From Nanobdellota archaeon (GTDB taxonomy: Archaea; Nanobdellota; Nanobdellia; Parvarchaeales; Parvarchaeaceae): DNA of 42,020 nt. The position numbers and the translations under genes are program-made. The stretch covers positions 1-42,020 of the forward strand of contig JAKAAW010000004.1 in NCBI GenBank assembly GCA_021802105.1. The letters run 5' to 3'. Of the stretch, positions 18,392 through 27,666 are shown piece after piece (within the stretch, counting starts at the first letter, position 1; every line of letters begins with the position of its first letter). The notes below the pieces were generated by a model, which made no database searches, was not told the origin of the DNA, and saw only the letters and a program-made list of their open reading frames with translations.

Positions 18392-19432
18392 ATGGATACT
18401 TTCAAGGAGGGGAGAATATCTTTTTTCGCGAAAGACGAACAGACTAGGGACGCCAAAGTTTTCTTCAACCCCGCAAGACAATTCGACAGGAACCTTAATG
18501 TTTTACTTTTTCGATCACTCGGCATGAAAGATCTCTGTGGAGCAGATCTTTTCTCTGCGAGTGGTATAAGGGGGTTAAGGCTTTCCGCAGAAACAGACGC
18601 ATTCAAAAGCATTCTGCTCAATGATATCCATACATCCAGTATAATAAAAAAGAATGTGAAGGCAAACGAAAAAAGGCTTAACTCTGATATCATCACAGAA
18701 TCCTTCAACGTTACTGAGATTGATAGGTCAAAGGGGCTTTTTGATTACATAGATATAGATCCGTTCGGATCACCGGCGTTCTACGCTGTCCACGCTATGA
18801 ACAATATGAAAGTCGGAGGGATAATGGCTCTTACAGCTACTGATACATCCGCGCTGTACGGAAGCGCCAATAAAGCGTGTGCGATAAGATACAGGGCGGT
18901 CTCAGCGAAAACGTCCTACTATAATGAGATGGGTCTAAGGATACTTCTGAAACGAATAGATGACATAGCAGGTGTGTATAGGAGAGAGATAGAGTCGCTG
19001 TTTTTTGACGTAAGAAAACACTACATTAGGGTTTATGTGCGCATAAAGAGAATAAGACAGTCTGACGACATAAATCATATCTACCAGTGCGGAAGATGCC
19101 CGAACAGGACTCTTATAGAAGGGGGAAAATGTGCCAACTGCGGCTCGGCAATGATCAAGCTTGGGCCCATATGGTCAGGAAAGCTTTTCGACAGAGCACT
19201 TGTGCAGAGGATGTATGAAAAATCAGAGGATGCAGATGAAAAGGACTACCTTGGAATCCTCAGGAGTGAAGGCGATTCGATTACTTACTACACTACTACA
19301 GAGATGGCTTCTTACCTTAAACAGCATGAAAAAAAGAACGGAGCGATCGGTACAAGAACTGTACTGAATAACAAAGGCTTCAGGATAGATTACTGCTTTA
19401 AAGAACTGCTTGAAAATTACAGAAACTTATAA
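18392..19432 (+). CDS. trm1: tRNA (guanine26-N2)-dimethyltransferase
   Basis: VFFNP...DRNL, SASGIRGLR, DIDPFGSP, TATD, zinc finger, GPIWSG. Confidence 0.94.
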   Translation: MDTFKEGRISFFAKDEQTRDAKVFFNPARQFDRNLNVLLFRSLGMKDLCGADLFSASGIRGLRLSAETDAFKSILLNDIHTSSIIKKNVKANEKRLNSDIITESFNVTEIDRSKGLFDYIDIDPFGSPAFYAVHAMNNMKVGGIMALTATDTSALYGSANKACAIRYRAVSAKTSYYNEMGLRILLKRIDDIAGVYRREIESLFFDVRKHYIRVYVRIKRIRQSDDINHIYQCGRCPNRTLIEGGKCANCGSAMIKLGPIWSGKLFDRALVQRMYEKSEDADEKDYLGILRSEGDSITYYTTTEMASYLKQHEKKNGAIGTRTVLNNKGFRIDYCFKELLENYRNL

Positions 19433-19681
19433 CTCCTTTACTTGCTTGAGCAGCGCCTGACCTGGCAGTCCTCTCCTAAATCTAGCAACGACTCTTCCAT
19501 TGTCGCCGTGGACTCTGGTTATAACCCCTCTTATGAAGTTCTTTGAGAACGTAACCTCGACCTTTTTACCTATGTACTTGCCGGCATCCGTTCTCGTGCT
19601 TACACCATCAATCTTTAAAATTGCCTGCAGAACGTTCTGCGTTTTTCTTCCTCTCCTAAAAGATACTATCTTCATTACCAT
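19427..19681 (-). CDS. rpl35ae: 50S ribosomal protein L35Ae
   Basis: SFRRGRKTQ...YIGKKV...GVITRVHGDNGRVVARFRRGLPGQAL. Confidence 0.95.
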   Translation of the reverse strand: MVMKIVSFRRGRKTQNVLQAILKIDGVSTRTDAGKYIGKKVEVTFSKNFIRGVITRVHGDNGRVVARFRRGLPGQALLKQVKEL

Positions 19682-19682
19682 A

Positions 19683-20804
19683 TCATTTTTGTCCTTCGTT
19701 GTATTTGTCGCCCTTTTTCTCCATCTCTTTTGATAGCTCCTTATCTATAGCCGGTTTAGGTATACCTTTCTCTTCTCTAATGCTACTTATTATCTTGAGT
19801 GTCTTGTCGACCACTTCCTTTGTGATCTTGTGTTTTTTGCTATACTCCTCACCACTAACTTCCTTGAGCTCACCGTGATCTATCTTCTTGAACCACGTAA
19901 CGACCTCCTCGACCTTCTCAACGTCTTCTTTTGTCAGGACCTTTTCCTTCTCGACTGCTATTGCCATGAGGTTCTTTGCGACCTCCTTTGGTACAGGAGG
20001 CAGATAACCGTACTCCATAAGCAGAGCCTGTCCTGCGGCAACTACAGAATTATAAAGGTCAAGACTTAACTTGGTGCTCAGCACGCTGTCGGCCAGCATT
20101 ATAAGACCCTCTGCATTCTCGATATTCGCGTCTATGGATTCCTTTGTTGGTATTATGTTGCCAGTTTTGTAAAGCATCTGTATAGGCACGAAGAAACCTG
20201 TGTCATAAACGGCCACTCCGTCCCTAAGGAGAGTGAGTATAACCGGGTTTGGCTTTATAATAGATGCCCAGAACTCTGACAGAGGATATGCCTGAGCGTG
20301 TATTTTATCCGAAAAATCCCTTGCAATCTCTGCCATCTTCGTGAAAAGACGGTCCTTAAGCTGTTCGAGCGTGAATCTCTGTATATCAGTGTCGTCTACT
20401 ATGAACGCGACGTCTATGTCTGAAGTGCTACTTACACCTGACTTTGTCTTTGAACTACCGAATATTATTATGGATTTTATGTATCTCCTAAAAAGGCTGA
20501 GTACTCTAAGGAAATAAGCCCTTACATTATTGGCATCCTTTGCAGGAAGAAGTTTTCCCAAAACATCAAATGACAGACCAGCTAGCTGTCCAGGTGGTTC
20601 TATGTGCTCCTCTTTGCCATCTTCGCCGATATCCATGCCCACAAACGATCCTATATAATCTACTCTCTCATTCATTTCGTCTATCTTTGCTGAAAGAGCA
20701 TCTATAGTAGAGAAGAGCTTATTAAGTGCCCCTTCTATAGGATTTACATTCTCAGTCTGATGCATAGTATAACCTCCACTTTTCAATAAATTTATATTAC
20801 ACAC
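19683..20804 (-). CDS. Pol-beta-type nucleotidyltransferase fused to a HEPN-like helical domain (paralog 1; start may be MHQTE at 20765)
   Basis: IIIFGS...SDIDVAFIVDD; C-terminal LYNSVVAAGQALL...FKKIDHGE; N-terminal coiled coil. Confidence 0.8.
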   Translation of the reverse strand: MCNINLLKSGGYTMHQTENVNPIEGALNKLFSTIDALSAKIDEMNERVDYIGSFVGMDIGEDGKEEHIEPPGQLAGLSFDVLGKLLPAKDANNVRAYFLRVLSLFRRYIKSIIIFGSSKTKSGVSSTSDIDVAFIVDDTDIQRFTLEQLKDRLFTKMAEIARDFSDKIHAQAYPLSEFWASIIKPNPVILTLLRDGVAVYDTGFFVPIQMLYKTGNIIPTKESIDANIENAEGLIMLADSVLSTKLSLDLYNSVVAAGQALLMEYGYLPPVPKEVAKNLMAIAVEKEKVLTKEDVEKVEEVVTWFKKIDHGELKEVSGEEYSKKHKITKEVVDKTLKIISSIREEKGIPKPAIDKELSKEMEKKGDKYNEGQK

Positions 20805-20913
20805 TCTTCTCCTTTATAAGTCTTTATAGCGAATTAAATGTTGTTTTGGCGCCAGAAACTTTCAATGGCTGATATCCATAGTATATATAAATTATTGACA
20901 CCAAAGTAATGAT

Positions 20914-22656
20914 ATGAACCTCCAAGCAGTTGCCAGATACGAAAAAATGATAATGTCCCCTGCTACTTCGGTAAAAGACGTAGACAACTGGATAAATGAG
21001 CTTAAGGCCCGCGCGTCCAGCATAGAGGGTCACTATTCTGGAAAGCTAGAAGAGTTCCGCTTCGCTGGCAAGTTTGAAAGGCCTGCAAGTGGACTTCTTG
21101 GTGGGGAAAAGGGCTCTCTGGTATCCCTTGATATAGAAAAGGGTTACCAGTTCCAAACCGAATACAACATGCTCATGCAGGAGCTAGGCGGATTGGGATA
21201 CACGGAAAAACTGAAAACCGCGGAATCAATTGATCCTGCAGCAATCTCAAATATAATGACAATGGTGTTCGAGAAGAGGAAAGCTTTTGAAGATAGGGCC
21301 ATGACTTTGCTCGGCAGTGTGAACGCAGTGCTTAAATCCATAATATCTATAACATACGAACTGAGGGAGCTTGATAGGAACCTGCAGTTCTATAATCTCT
21401 TAGAATCAACAGACAAGGAGAAGAAAGCTGCGGCAGAACTGGCTCTCAAGAGGATATTCGTGGACCAGGTCGACGCGAGGAAGAGAGGTGCAAGTCTTTC
21501 GGCGCTGTCGAACGGATACACTCAAGGGCAAGGGGGCGCAGGTTTTATAGACTTAGTCGCATCCTTCTACAAAGTTACAAGCTTAAAGGACATAGCGAAC
21601 ATGCAGAGAAATACCGAGTACAAAGACATCCTGAAGAACAGGTATATAGAATATGAGGAATGGAGGAAATTAAGTGGGTCTGATCTCAAACAGAGGAGGT
21701 CTATGCTTCTACAGTATCTGAAGAGTCAGGTATCCTCCTATAAGATGTACTCCGAGTGGGCTGCGGAATCGCTTACTATACTTAAAAGAATAAATCTCAC
21801 TGGTACAAAAAGTGCAGGGGAGTACCTTGGAAAAATAAAACAGCCTGACATCTTCGAAACAGCGAAGTTTAGCGTATCTATAATAAATGGGAAGCCCATC
21901 TACATGAACGATTACGCAGTCGAGAGTGCGAAAGTGTTCGGAAATAGGGGCATACAGATTCCAGTTAAGGTATCCATAAAAAGTCCAGCTTCTGCACCTA
22001 TAACGCAGGGACCCAAGGAGAGCAGCAGGGCATTCACTTACAAGAGAATCACGAAATACGGGCCAAAAGTTGTGGCGGCCATAGAGGCAGAGATTTCATT
22101 CACAGAGAAACAGATGTTCATCAAGGGCGTTCCGCAGGAGAGGCCACAGTACTATGGTACTTTTGATATGAAGCTCGTACCATATTGCTTCACGCTGGAT
22201 GAGTGGTATCTATTCAAAAAAGCACAGGAGGCTAAGATAAACAAGACGGTTTTCTCCGGTCTCGATAGCGTTGCCGTTTCCTCTCTAGGATCAATACAGA
22301 AAGAACTTGACAAATACATGGTGGAAGCGGAGAAGGAGTCAGTAAAAAAGACCGCCAAGAAAAGCGATAGCTACGCTTTCATCGACATATACAGGTCATT
22401 TAAAGATGATATATTCGGGATTAATAAGGCTATGTCACTGTTCACGCCGACCATGGATAGGAAATCAAGTATTTTCAAAGCCGACACTTACGAGATAGCG
22501 GTCAGCCACAGGAAGTTTGGCGCAGCCAGGGTGAAATCCGCTATCTCTGCAGGCATGTTTGTGGCGATGGATGACCTATCACTGATATATGAAGAGTTCA
22601 AGCGCAGAAAGAAACTTCTCACGCCGTTGTCAAAGTTTGACAACCCTCTGTTTTGA
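20914..22656 (+). CDS. Large helical hypothetical protein (580 aa)
   Basis: Long ORF, helical/coiled-coil composition, no recognisable catalytic motif. Confidence 0.8.
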   Translation: MNLQAVARYEKMIMSPATSVKDVDNWINELKARASSIEGHYSGKLEEFRFAGKFERPASGLLGGEKGSLVSLDIEKGYQFQTEYNMLMQELGGLGYTEKLKTAESIDPAAISNIMTMVFEKRKAFEDRAMTLLGSVNAVLKSIISITYELRELDRNLQFYNLLESTDKEKKAAAELALKRIFVDQVDARKRGASLSALSNGYTQGQGGAGFIDLVASFYKVTSLKDIANMQRNTEYKDILKNRYIEYEEWRKLSGSDLKQRRSMLLQYLKSQVSSYKMYSEWAAESLTILKRINLTGTKSAGEYLGKIKQPDIFETAKFSVSIINGKPIYMNDYAVESAKVFGNRGIQIPVKVSIKSPASAPITQGPKESSRAFTYKRITKYGPKVVAAIEAEISFTEKQMFIKGVPQERPQYYGTFDMKLVPYCFTLDEWYLFKKAQEAKINKTVFSGLDSVAVSSLGSIQKELDKYMVEAEKESVKKTAKKSDSYAFIDIYRSFKDDIFGINKAMSLFTPTMDRKSSIFKADTYEIAVSHRKFGAARVKSAISAGMFVAMDDLSLIYEEFKRRKKLLTPLSKFDNPLF

Positions 22657-22660
22657 TAGT

Positions 22661-22837
22661 ATGTTAAACAAAAAGGGAGAGATGCCTATAACTGAGATAG
22701 TCGCCATAGTCATCGCCCTTATCTTGGCTGGGATAGGAGTCGTAATAGCGGCTACCTTCCTTTTGGGAGGAGGAACCAGTATAGCCAACGATATACTTAA
22801 AGCAATATCGTTCAGCTGGTTGTTTGGTAATGGATAA
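22661..22837 (+). CDS. Mini pilin-like protein 1 (58 aa)
   Basis: MLNKKG|EMPITEIVAIVIALILAGIGVVIAATFLLGG. Confidence 0.85.
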   Translation: MLNKKGEMPITEIVAIVIALILAGIGVVIAATFLLGGGTSIANDILKAISFSWLFGNG

Positions 22838-23003
22838 GAAAGGGTCTGTGCAGGGAACGGTTCTTCTGTATGTAGTACTAATGATAGTCCTTATTATAAT
22901 AGTGATAATAGTACTGGAGCTGTTCACGCCATACAAATTCTCCAATCTGATAGATTCTTTTATATCCGCGGCCAGCCACAGCGGTGGAGGACAGTATGCA
23001 TAA
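22830..23003 (+). CDS. Mini pilin-like protein 2 (57 aa, not in ORF track)
   Basis: MDKKG|SVQGTVLLYVVLMIVLIIIVIIVLELF; 8-nt overlap with the previous gene. Confidence 0.85.
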   Translation: MDKKGSVQGTVLLYVVLMIVLIIIVIIVLELFTPYKFSNLIDSFISAASHSGGGQYA

Positions 23004-23142
23004 GAAAGGGGTCACAGACTACGTGCTCCTCATGATAATAATCATAGTAATCTCCCTTGTCATAGTGATATTCTATCTGGTAATCTTCTCCCCCGGAGCC
23101 CTGGGCAAGTTAATACCTCCTCTCCCAAATCCTTTCGGGTGA
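22996..23142 (+). CDS. Mini pilin-like protein 3 (48 aa, not in ORF track)
   Basis: MHKKG|VTDYVLLMIIIIVISLVIVIFYLVIFSPGALGKLIPPLPNPFG; 8-nt overlap. Confidence 0.85.
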   Translation: MHKKGVTDYVLLMIIIIVISLVIVIFYLVIFSPGALGKLIPPLPNPFG

Positions 23143-23148
23143 CATGAT

Positions 23149-23325
23149 ATGAACGGCAAAGGCATAACGGAGACGACTATATATTATATAATAGCGCTAG
23201 TGCTTGCCATAATCTTGATAATAATCTATATACTACTCGCCGGGCCCAACGTAATCTCCAATGCAATATCTAGCGTGCTCTCCGGCTTCAAATCTTCGAT
23301 AACTTCAGGTCTAGGCAGTATATAA
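23149..23325 (+). CDS. Mini pilin-like protein 4 (58 aa, not in ORF track)
   Basis: MNGKG|ITETTIYIIIALVLAIILIIIYILLAGP. Confidence 0.85.
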   Translation: MNGKGITETTIYYIIALVLAIILIIIYILLAGPNVISNAISSVLSGFKSSITSGLGSI

Positions 23326-23373
23326 GACTTTCCCATCAAAAACGTTTAAAAGTATGGGACGCTAGGTATTCTG

Positions 23374-23649
23374 ATGGAAAATTGGTACAAGCATTCCGAG
23401 GGAAAGGCAGTCAAATCCTTGAAATTCGGAGAGTTCGAAGTAAAGTACGTGAAGAAGGAGAAGAGTGAAGACTTCCAGCCGCGCAACGACAAGGCTCCCA
23501 TAAACATAAGCAAAGAACAGCTTAAAGTGACTAAAAACGGAGCTAAGCTTAAAGTCAGAAAAGCAAAGAAACTGGCTATAATCGAAGCTCTAAGGAACGA
23601 TGAGCTGGACAGGGTAGACGAGATAGTCAAGACCCTAGAAGCACAGTAA
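23374..23649 (+). CDS. Lys-rich hypothetical protein (91 aa)
   Basis: Codon usage looks typical; T-rich tract follows. Confidence 0.6.
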   Translation: MENWYKHSEGKAVKSLKFGEFEVKYVKKEKSEDFQPRNDKAPINISKEQLKVTKNGAKLKVRKAKKLAIIEALRNDELDRVDEIVKTLEAQ

Positions 23650-23700
23650 GAACCGATTTTTACTTTTTTTATGTTTCTTCAGGCGCGGATGTATTATCTC

Positions 23701-24075
23701 TTAATCTTTTAGCACGGCTGCTATCTCATCTGCCGATCTTTTTGTGTACATCTTAATGAGACCATAGTTTGCATTGGGATCCGTCATCACAGTTAATATA
23801 GCGTTTTCACCGGCTTTTATAGCGACTACCCGTATGTCCTTCGATTCAGCGAATATCGTGTCAAATATGTTTTTTGACCCAAGATATTTTAGAGCCTCTT
23901 CAGCTGCACCAACCATAGAAGCCATCATGGCGGCGAAGTTATTCGGGTCTATGTCCTGTGGTATCCTGTGTACTATAGGCAGCCCGTCCGCAGATATGAC
24001 GGCTGATGCTTTTATCCCGCCGACCTCTCCGAGTTTCTCTAAGATCATGCTCATTGATTCGGATTTTGTGGCCAT
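23701..24075 (-). CDS. Roadblock/LC7 (MglB-like) protein
   Basis: GIKASAVISADGLPI...FAAMMASMVGAAE...AILTVM...NYGLI. Confidence 0.92.
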   Translation of the reverse strand: MATKSESMSMILEKLGEVGGIKASAVISADGLPIVHRIPQDIDPNNFAAMMASMVGAAEEALKYLGSKNIFDTIFAESKDIRVVAIKAGENAILTVMTDPNANYGLIKMYTKRSADEIAAVLKD

Positions 24076-24112
24076 ATAACTAATTATAACTCATACTTAA
24101 TTTAAGCATTTA

Positions 24113-25321
24113 CTAAGTCAGCTCCTCAAAAAGCGCAGAGAGGGCTGCTTCTATCCCCTCTTTCTTAAGTTTTGCCGGTTTGTTAGGGTCTATATTCTCC
24201 ACGTTCTCAGCAACAGTCTGTATCAGTGGTGCTTCTTTCTCAAGGTGTAGTTTATCTCTTACCTCATCAATGCCGAGCGCACCCGGCATATTAGCCTTAT
24301 TTGCTACAACGACTATAGGCAGACCGTATGTCTCGGTCTTCCTAAGCATCTCTATCGCTCTTGGAAACTGCGTTGGTTTTGTAGAATCTATTATGAGTAT
24401 AACTCCTACTGCTTCACCGCCCAGCAGCTTAAGGAGTGGATCGAACCTTTCCTGTCCAGGAGTGCCGAAAAGATCCGCCTTATAACCCTTAAAATCAACG
24501 TTACCATGATCAAGGGCTATAGTACCGCCTAATCTGTCAACACTTATTGCGTCCTTAGAAGCTGAGTGAATGAAAGAGGTCTTGCCGGCATCCGTTGGAC
24601 CGGTGACCAGTATCTTGGGGAAATATATTTTTATTCCCCCTGGTTTTACTGATTTGAAAAGCACAGAGGTGAATTTTTTGCCTATCACCCAGTCACACTT
24701 TATGACAGCGAAGTACTGCCCGAATATGACGCGTTTCTCTATCCCTTTGATGTCGACTCTAGCGTTTACTTTTGATATAAGTTTATCCACGTTGTCTTCG
24801 CCGTAATTCCAATCAGTGAAAAGGAAAACCGCAGAACTGTCAGAGTTCTTTATCTTGTTGTTGATTAGGTCTACTATAGAAAGTGCAAAATCAAAGTCGA
24901 AGAAATCGGCTATGAGCGAGAGTGAATCTATGACTATTAAATCGTAATCCTTTTCAAGTTCATCTGTAATAGCTTTTTTTATCTCTTCTTTGTCATATGG
25001 GTTTTTTATCATCCTGCCTATGCTGCCATCGGACGAATTTATACCCGTTATACCGCTGTAGGAATCTATCATGGATAGGTTATCGTTGGTAATAAAGTCA
25101 TACTCCTTCATATCAGCCAGATACGCTTTCGGAGACGCACGGTTTAGGTACAAGAGCACCTTATTGTTGTGGATGAGGTTGTTTTGTATCAGCTGGTAGC
25201 CGAAAACTTCGTTTCCGACAGCAGGAGAGGCAAAGAAGAGGACTCCTTTCCTAGCAGGTATACCGCTAAGCTCTTCGTCAAGCCTACCTATCCCGAATAT
25301 TGGGTCTTTTCCTTTAGCCAT
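24113..25321 (-). CDS. Degenerate KaiC/RAD55-like domain fused to an MglA-like small GTPase
   Basis: N-half GIGRLDEELSGIP, broken Walker A ASPAVGNE, IVIDSLS; C-half GPTDAGKT, TIALDHG, FGTPGQERF, NKAN. Confidence 0.88.
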   Translation of the reverse strand: MAKGKDPIFGIGRLDEELSGIPARKGVLFFASPAVGNEVFGYQLIQNNLIHNNKVLLYLNRASPKAYLADMKEYDFITNDNLSMIDSYSGITGINSSDGSIGRMIKNPYDKEEIKKAITDELEKDYDLIVIDSLSLIADFFDFDFALSIVDLINNKIKNSDSSAVFLFTDWNYGEDNVDKLISKVNARVDIKGIEKRVIFGQYFAVIKCDWVIGKKFTSVLFKSVKPGGIKIYFPKILVTGPTDAGKTSFIHSASKDAISVDRLGGTIALDHGNVDFKGYKADLFGTPGQERFDPLLKLLGGEAVGVILIIDSTKPTQFPRAIEMLRKTETYGLPIVVVANKANMPGALGIDEVRDKLHLEKEAPLIQTVAENVENIDPNKPAKLKKEGIEAALSALFEELT

Positions 25322-25363
25322 ACAGAGAGTTGTCAGACATGGAATATAACCCTTTCAGGCAGT

Positions 25364-26023
25364 TCAGATGTCTTTCCAGTCAAGCACCTCTTTAGCGTTG
25401 CCGGAGACCTTAAAGGTTCTCTTCCCCCCTTCCATCTTAAGTGATATAACCGCGTCCATAAGTGATTTTATAGTTTCGTTTACGTCCGGGGCGTGCATCT
25501 CATTGTCTATTAAAAAGACGCTTGATATCCCAGCCATTTTGGCGCGCCCACACACGAACTGAAGAAATCGGTACATCGTTGTCGGATTGTTGTACAGAAG
25601 AAGAACTGAAAGGGAATCTATAATGTTAAGCACCGGGATGCCTTCTTTAGACATGTCCGCGTTCATAGCGGACAGAGCCACCGATAATCCTGTCAGGTCT
25701 AAAGGCCCGTTAAGCATCTTTGTGTAATTATTATCTCCCGCCTGAGGGGTTATACTCCTGCTGTACACATCTATAAGCTTGAGAGATGTGCCTAGATACT
25801 GCGCTATGTTAAGGTGTTTTGACGAGAATTCTGATAGGACGTCGCTTACTGGTTTCCCGGTGGTAACATACACGACCGCTACTTTGCTCTGCAGTGCAGA
25901 CGTTACGGCTCGGTAGATAAAATCCTCCTTGTTGCTCTCTTTATTCCCGCTTAGAAGATATGTTTTGCGCAGATCTATCCCTCCGACAGAATCGTCGAAA
26001 GAACTTATTCCTGTCTTTATCAT
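25364..26023 (-). CDS. KaiC/RAD55-like protein with degenerate Walker A
   Basis: IKTGISSFD...LLSGNKESNKE...VVYVTT...IIDSLSVLLLYN...LMDAVI. Confidence 0.85.
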   Translation of the reverse strand: MIKTGISSFDDSVGGIDLRKTYLLSGNKESNKEDFIYRAVTSALQSKVAVVYVTTGKPVSDVLSEFSSKHLNIAQYLGTSLKLIDVYSRSITPQAGDNNYTKMLNGPLDLTGLSVALSAMNADMSKEGIPVLNIIDSLSVLLLYNNPTTMYRFLQFVCGRAKMAGISSVFLIDNEMHAPDVNETIKSLMDAVISLKMEGGKRTFKVSGNAKEVLDWKDI

Positions 26024-26637
26024 ACCTTAAGCAATTTAACGCGCTTAGATTTTGTGCCTATGGATGTGCCATCAACAGTTATAGAAACGTCCACTGTAAG
26101 CTCATCATCTTTCTGATCGAACGTTATCTCCTCCTTAGCCGATTTCTCAACAGATACGTTTATGAAGGGGAAAAGGTAGTTTATGAGACTCCTGAAAAGG
26201 GCCTTCTGGTCCCCTCTTTTAATTATCATAGAGACTGTATCATTAAGATCCTGCGTATTGACTATCTTGAAATAGTCAGTCTCTATTATGAGGTCCGTTA
26301 TTTTCTCGTGTGGAAGCTCAAGCAGGTCGTTTATGGTGTCCCTTATATTTTCGTCAGCACCAAATCGCTTGGATACGCTTCTTGGTTTGCCTCCTGCGAT
26401 AAAATCAATCGTGAGTTCCGTAGAGTTGACTAGATAGAGCCTTAAGAGAATCTTGTATATCCCGTCCGCGTACAACCTAAGCGGGTGCGTTACCTTAAGC
26501 TTCACAGCCCCTTCAAGGTATTCCAGGTTAATATCTAGCCTTTTCGCAGGTATTATACTGTTAAGAGTTGATGCCGACCCTGCACCATCAAAGAATTTCC
26601 TGAGTTCATTTATAGCCTCAAAAGCGTTCATCTCCAT
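26020..26637 (-). CDS. Hypothetical protein, first gene of the KaiC/GTPase/Roadblock operon
   Basis: ATGA overlap with the next gene. Confidence 0.7.
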   Translation of the reverse strand: MEMNAFEAINELRKFFDGAGSASTLNSIIPAKRLDINLEYLEGAVKLKVTHPLRLYADGIYKILLRLYLVNSTELTIDFIAGGKPRSVSKRFGADENIRDTINDLLELPHEKITDLIIETDYFKIVNTQDLNDTVSMIIKRGDQKALFRSLINYLFPFINVSVEKSAKEEITFDQKDDELTVDVSITVDGTSIGTKSKRVKLLKV

Positions 26638-26673
26638 ATCAGATTATGTTCTTCAATAAATATAAAATAGATT

Positions 26674-27252
26674 TTATGCACAAACACCTGTTGAAGAGGA
26701 CGCTGGAGCATATAGAGCGGTCTCGTTCGGATAGAGCGCGAAAGCAGAATGCGAAGTAGATATTATTACAGCCACGTATCCTGCGCATCCCGCACTATCA
26801 TTGAACCATCCAGAGATGCTGTTCCCTCCCAATTCGAACACGTTGGCTGTATTAACGCCGTTTGAATTGACCCAGTTTACATACTGCTGGTTTGTCATCA
26901 CCATAAATCTAGTGTTGGTTGTGGCATTGTACTGCATATGCACCCTGAAAGTATCCGGTATTGAAAGGAATATATATGAGCCAGCCGGCTCTGATATCTT
27001 CTGGTTCCATATGTACAATAAAGGACTGTTATTGATGAATCTAAAGCTGAGAGGTATAATGTTGCCTTCAGATATTGCTATAGAAGAATTTTGTGTCAGG
27101 CAGAAACCGGACCCATTTTTGAACACAAGAGTAGTATTCTCACTGCAGCTGTTTATTAGCAAGAGGTGGTTGGAGAAAGCGTAAAAGAACCCCACTGCTA
27201 TGAGCACTATAAAAAGAAGACTTAAAATTTGTCCAGCATCAGAAGATTTCAT
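26674..27252 (-). CDS. Membrane-anchored secreted protein (possible atypical class III signal, DAG|QIL)
   Basis: N-terminal TM helix, Cys pairs, N-x-S/T sequons. Confidence 0.7.
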   Translation of the reverse strand: MKSSDAGQILSLLFIVLIAVGFFYAFSNHLLLINSCSENTTLVFKNGSGFCLTQNSSIAISEGNIIPLSFRFINNSPLLYIWNQKISEPAGSYIFLSIPDTFRVHMQYNATTNTRFMVMTNQQYVNWVNSNGVNTANVFELGGNSISGWFNDSAGCAGYVAVIISTSHSAFALYPNETALYAPASSSTGVCA

Positions 27253-27291
27253 AGTATGATTAGCACATTCGTCGATTTAACATCTGCCAAA

Positions 27292-27666
27292 TCAGGATCT
27301 ATAGCTGCCGCAATTAGGTATCGTTCCAGTTATAGACCAGGCAACCGTTGTCCCGTTGTTTAGGACGCAGCTGCTCGTTCCGCCAGGGACAGTCCCACAG
27401 GACCATGTCGTTCCACTTATAGTATCATTTGGATATGTGCACCACTGCGCAGGGTTGTTTACGGCAGAGGATTCAGAGCAAGCGGTCTGGCAGTTTGCCG
27501 CGAAAGCCTGTTCGGCCTGGGTGTTAGGGTTCGTGGCGCCTCCTATACCTTTGAATCCACCGAGAACGAAGGTTATAAAAAGAACCAGAATGAGAAGGCC
27601 TATAGCTATGAGGATTATTGTATTTATCGGTAACCCTTGTCCTTTTGAGCTTAAAACCATTATCAT
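27292..27666 (-). CDS. Type IV pilin-like protein with Cys-rich head
   Basis: SSKG|QGLPINTIILIAIGLLILVLFITFVLGG; six Cys in a small head domain. Confidence 0.85.
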   Translation of the reverse strand: MIMVLSSKGQGLPINTIILIAIGLLILVLFITFVLGGFKGIGGATNPNTQAEQAFAANCQTACSESSAVNNPAQWCTYPNDTISGTTWSCGTVPGGTSSCVLNNGTTVAWSITGTIPNCGSYRS

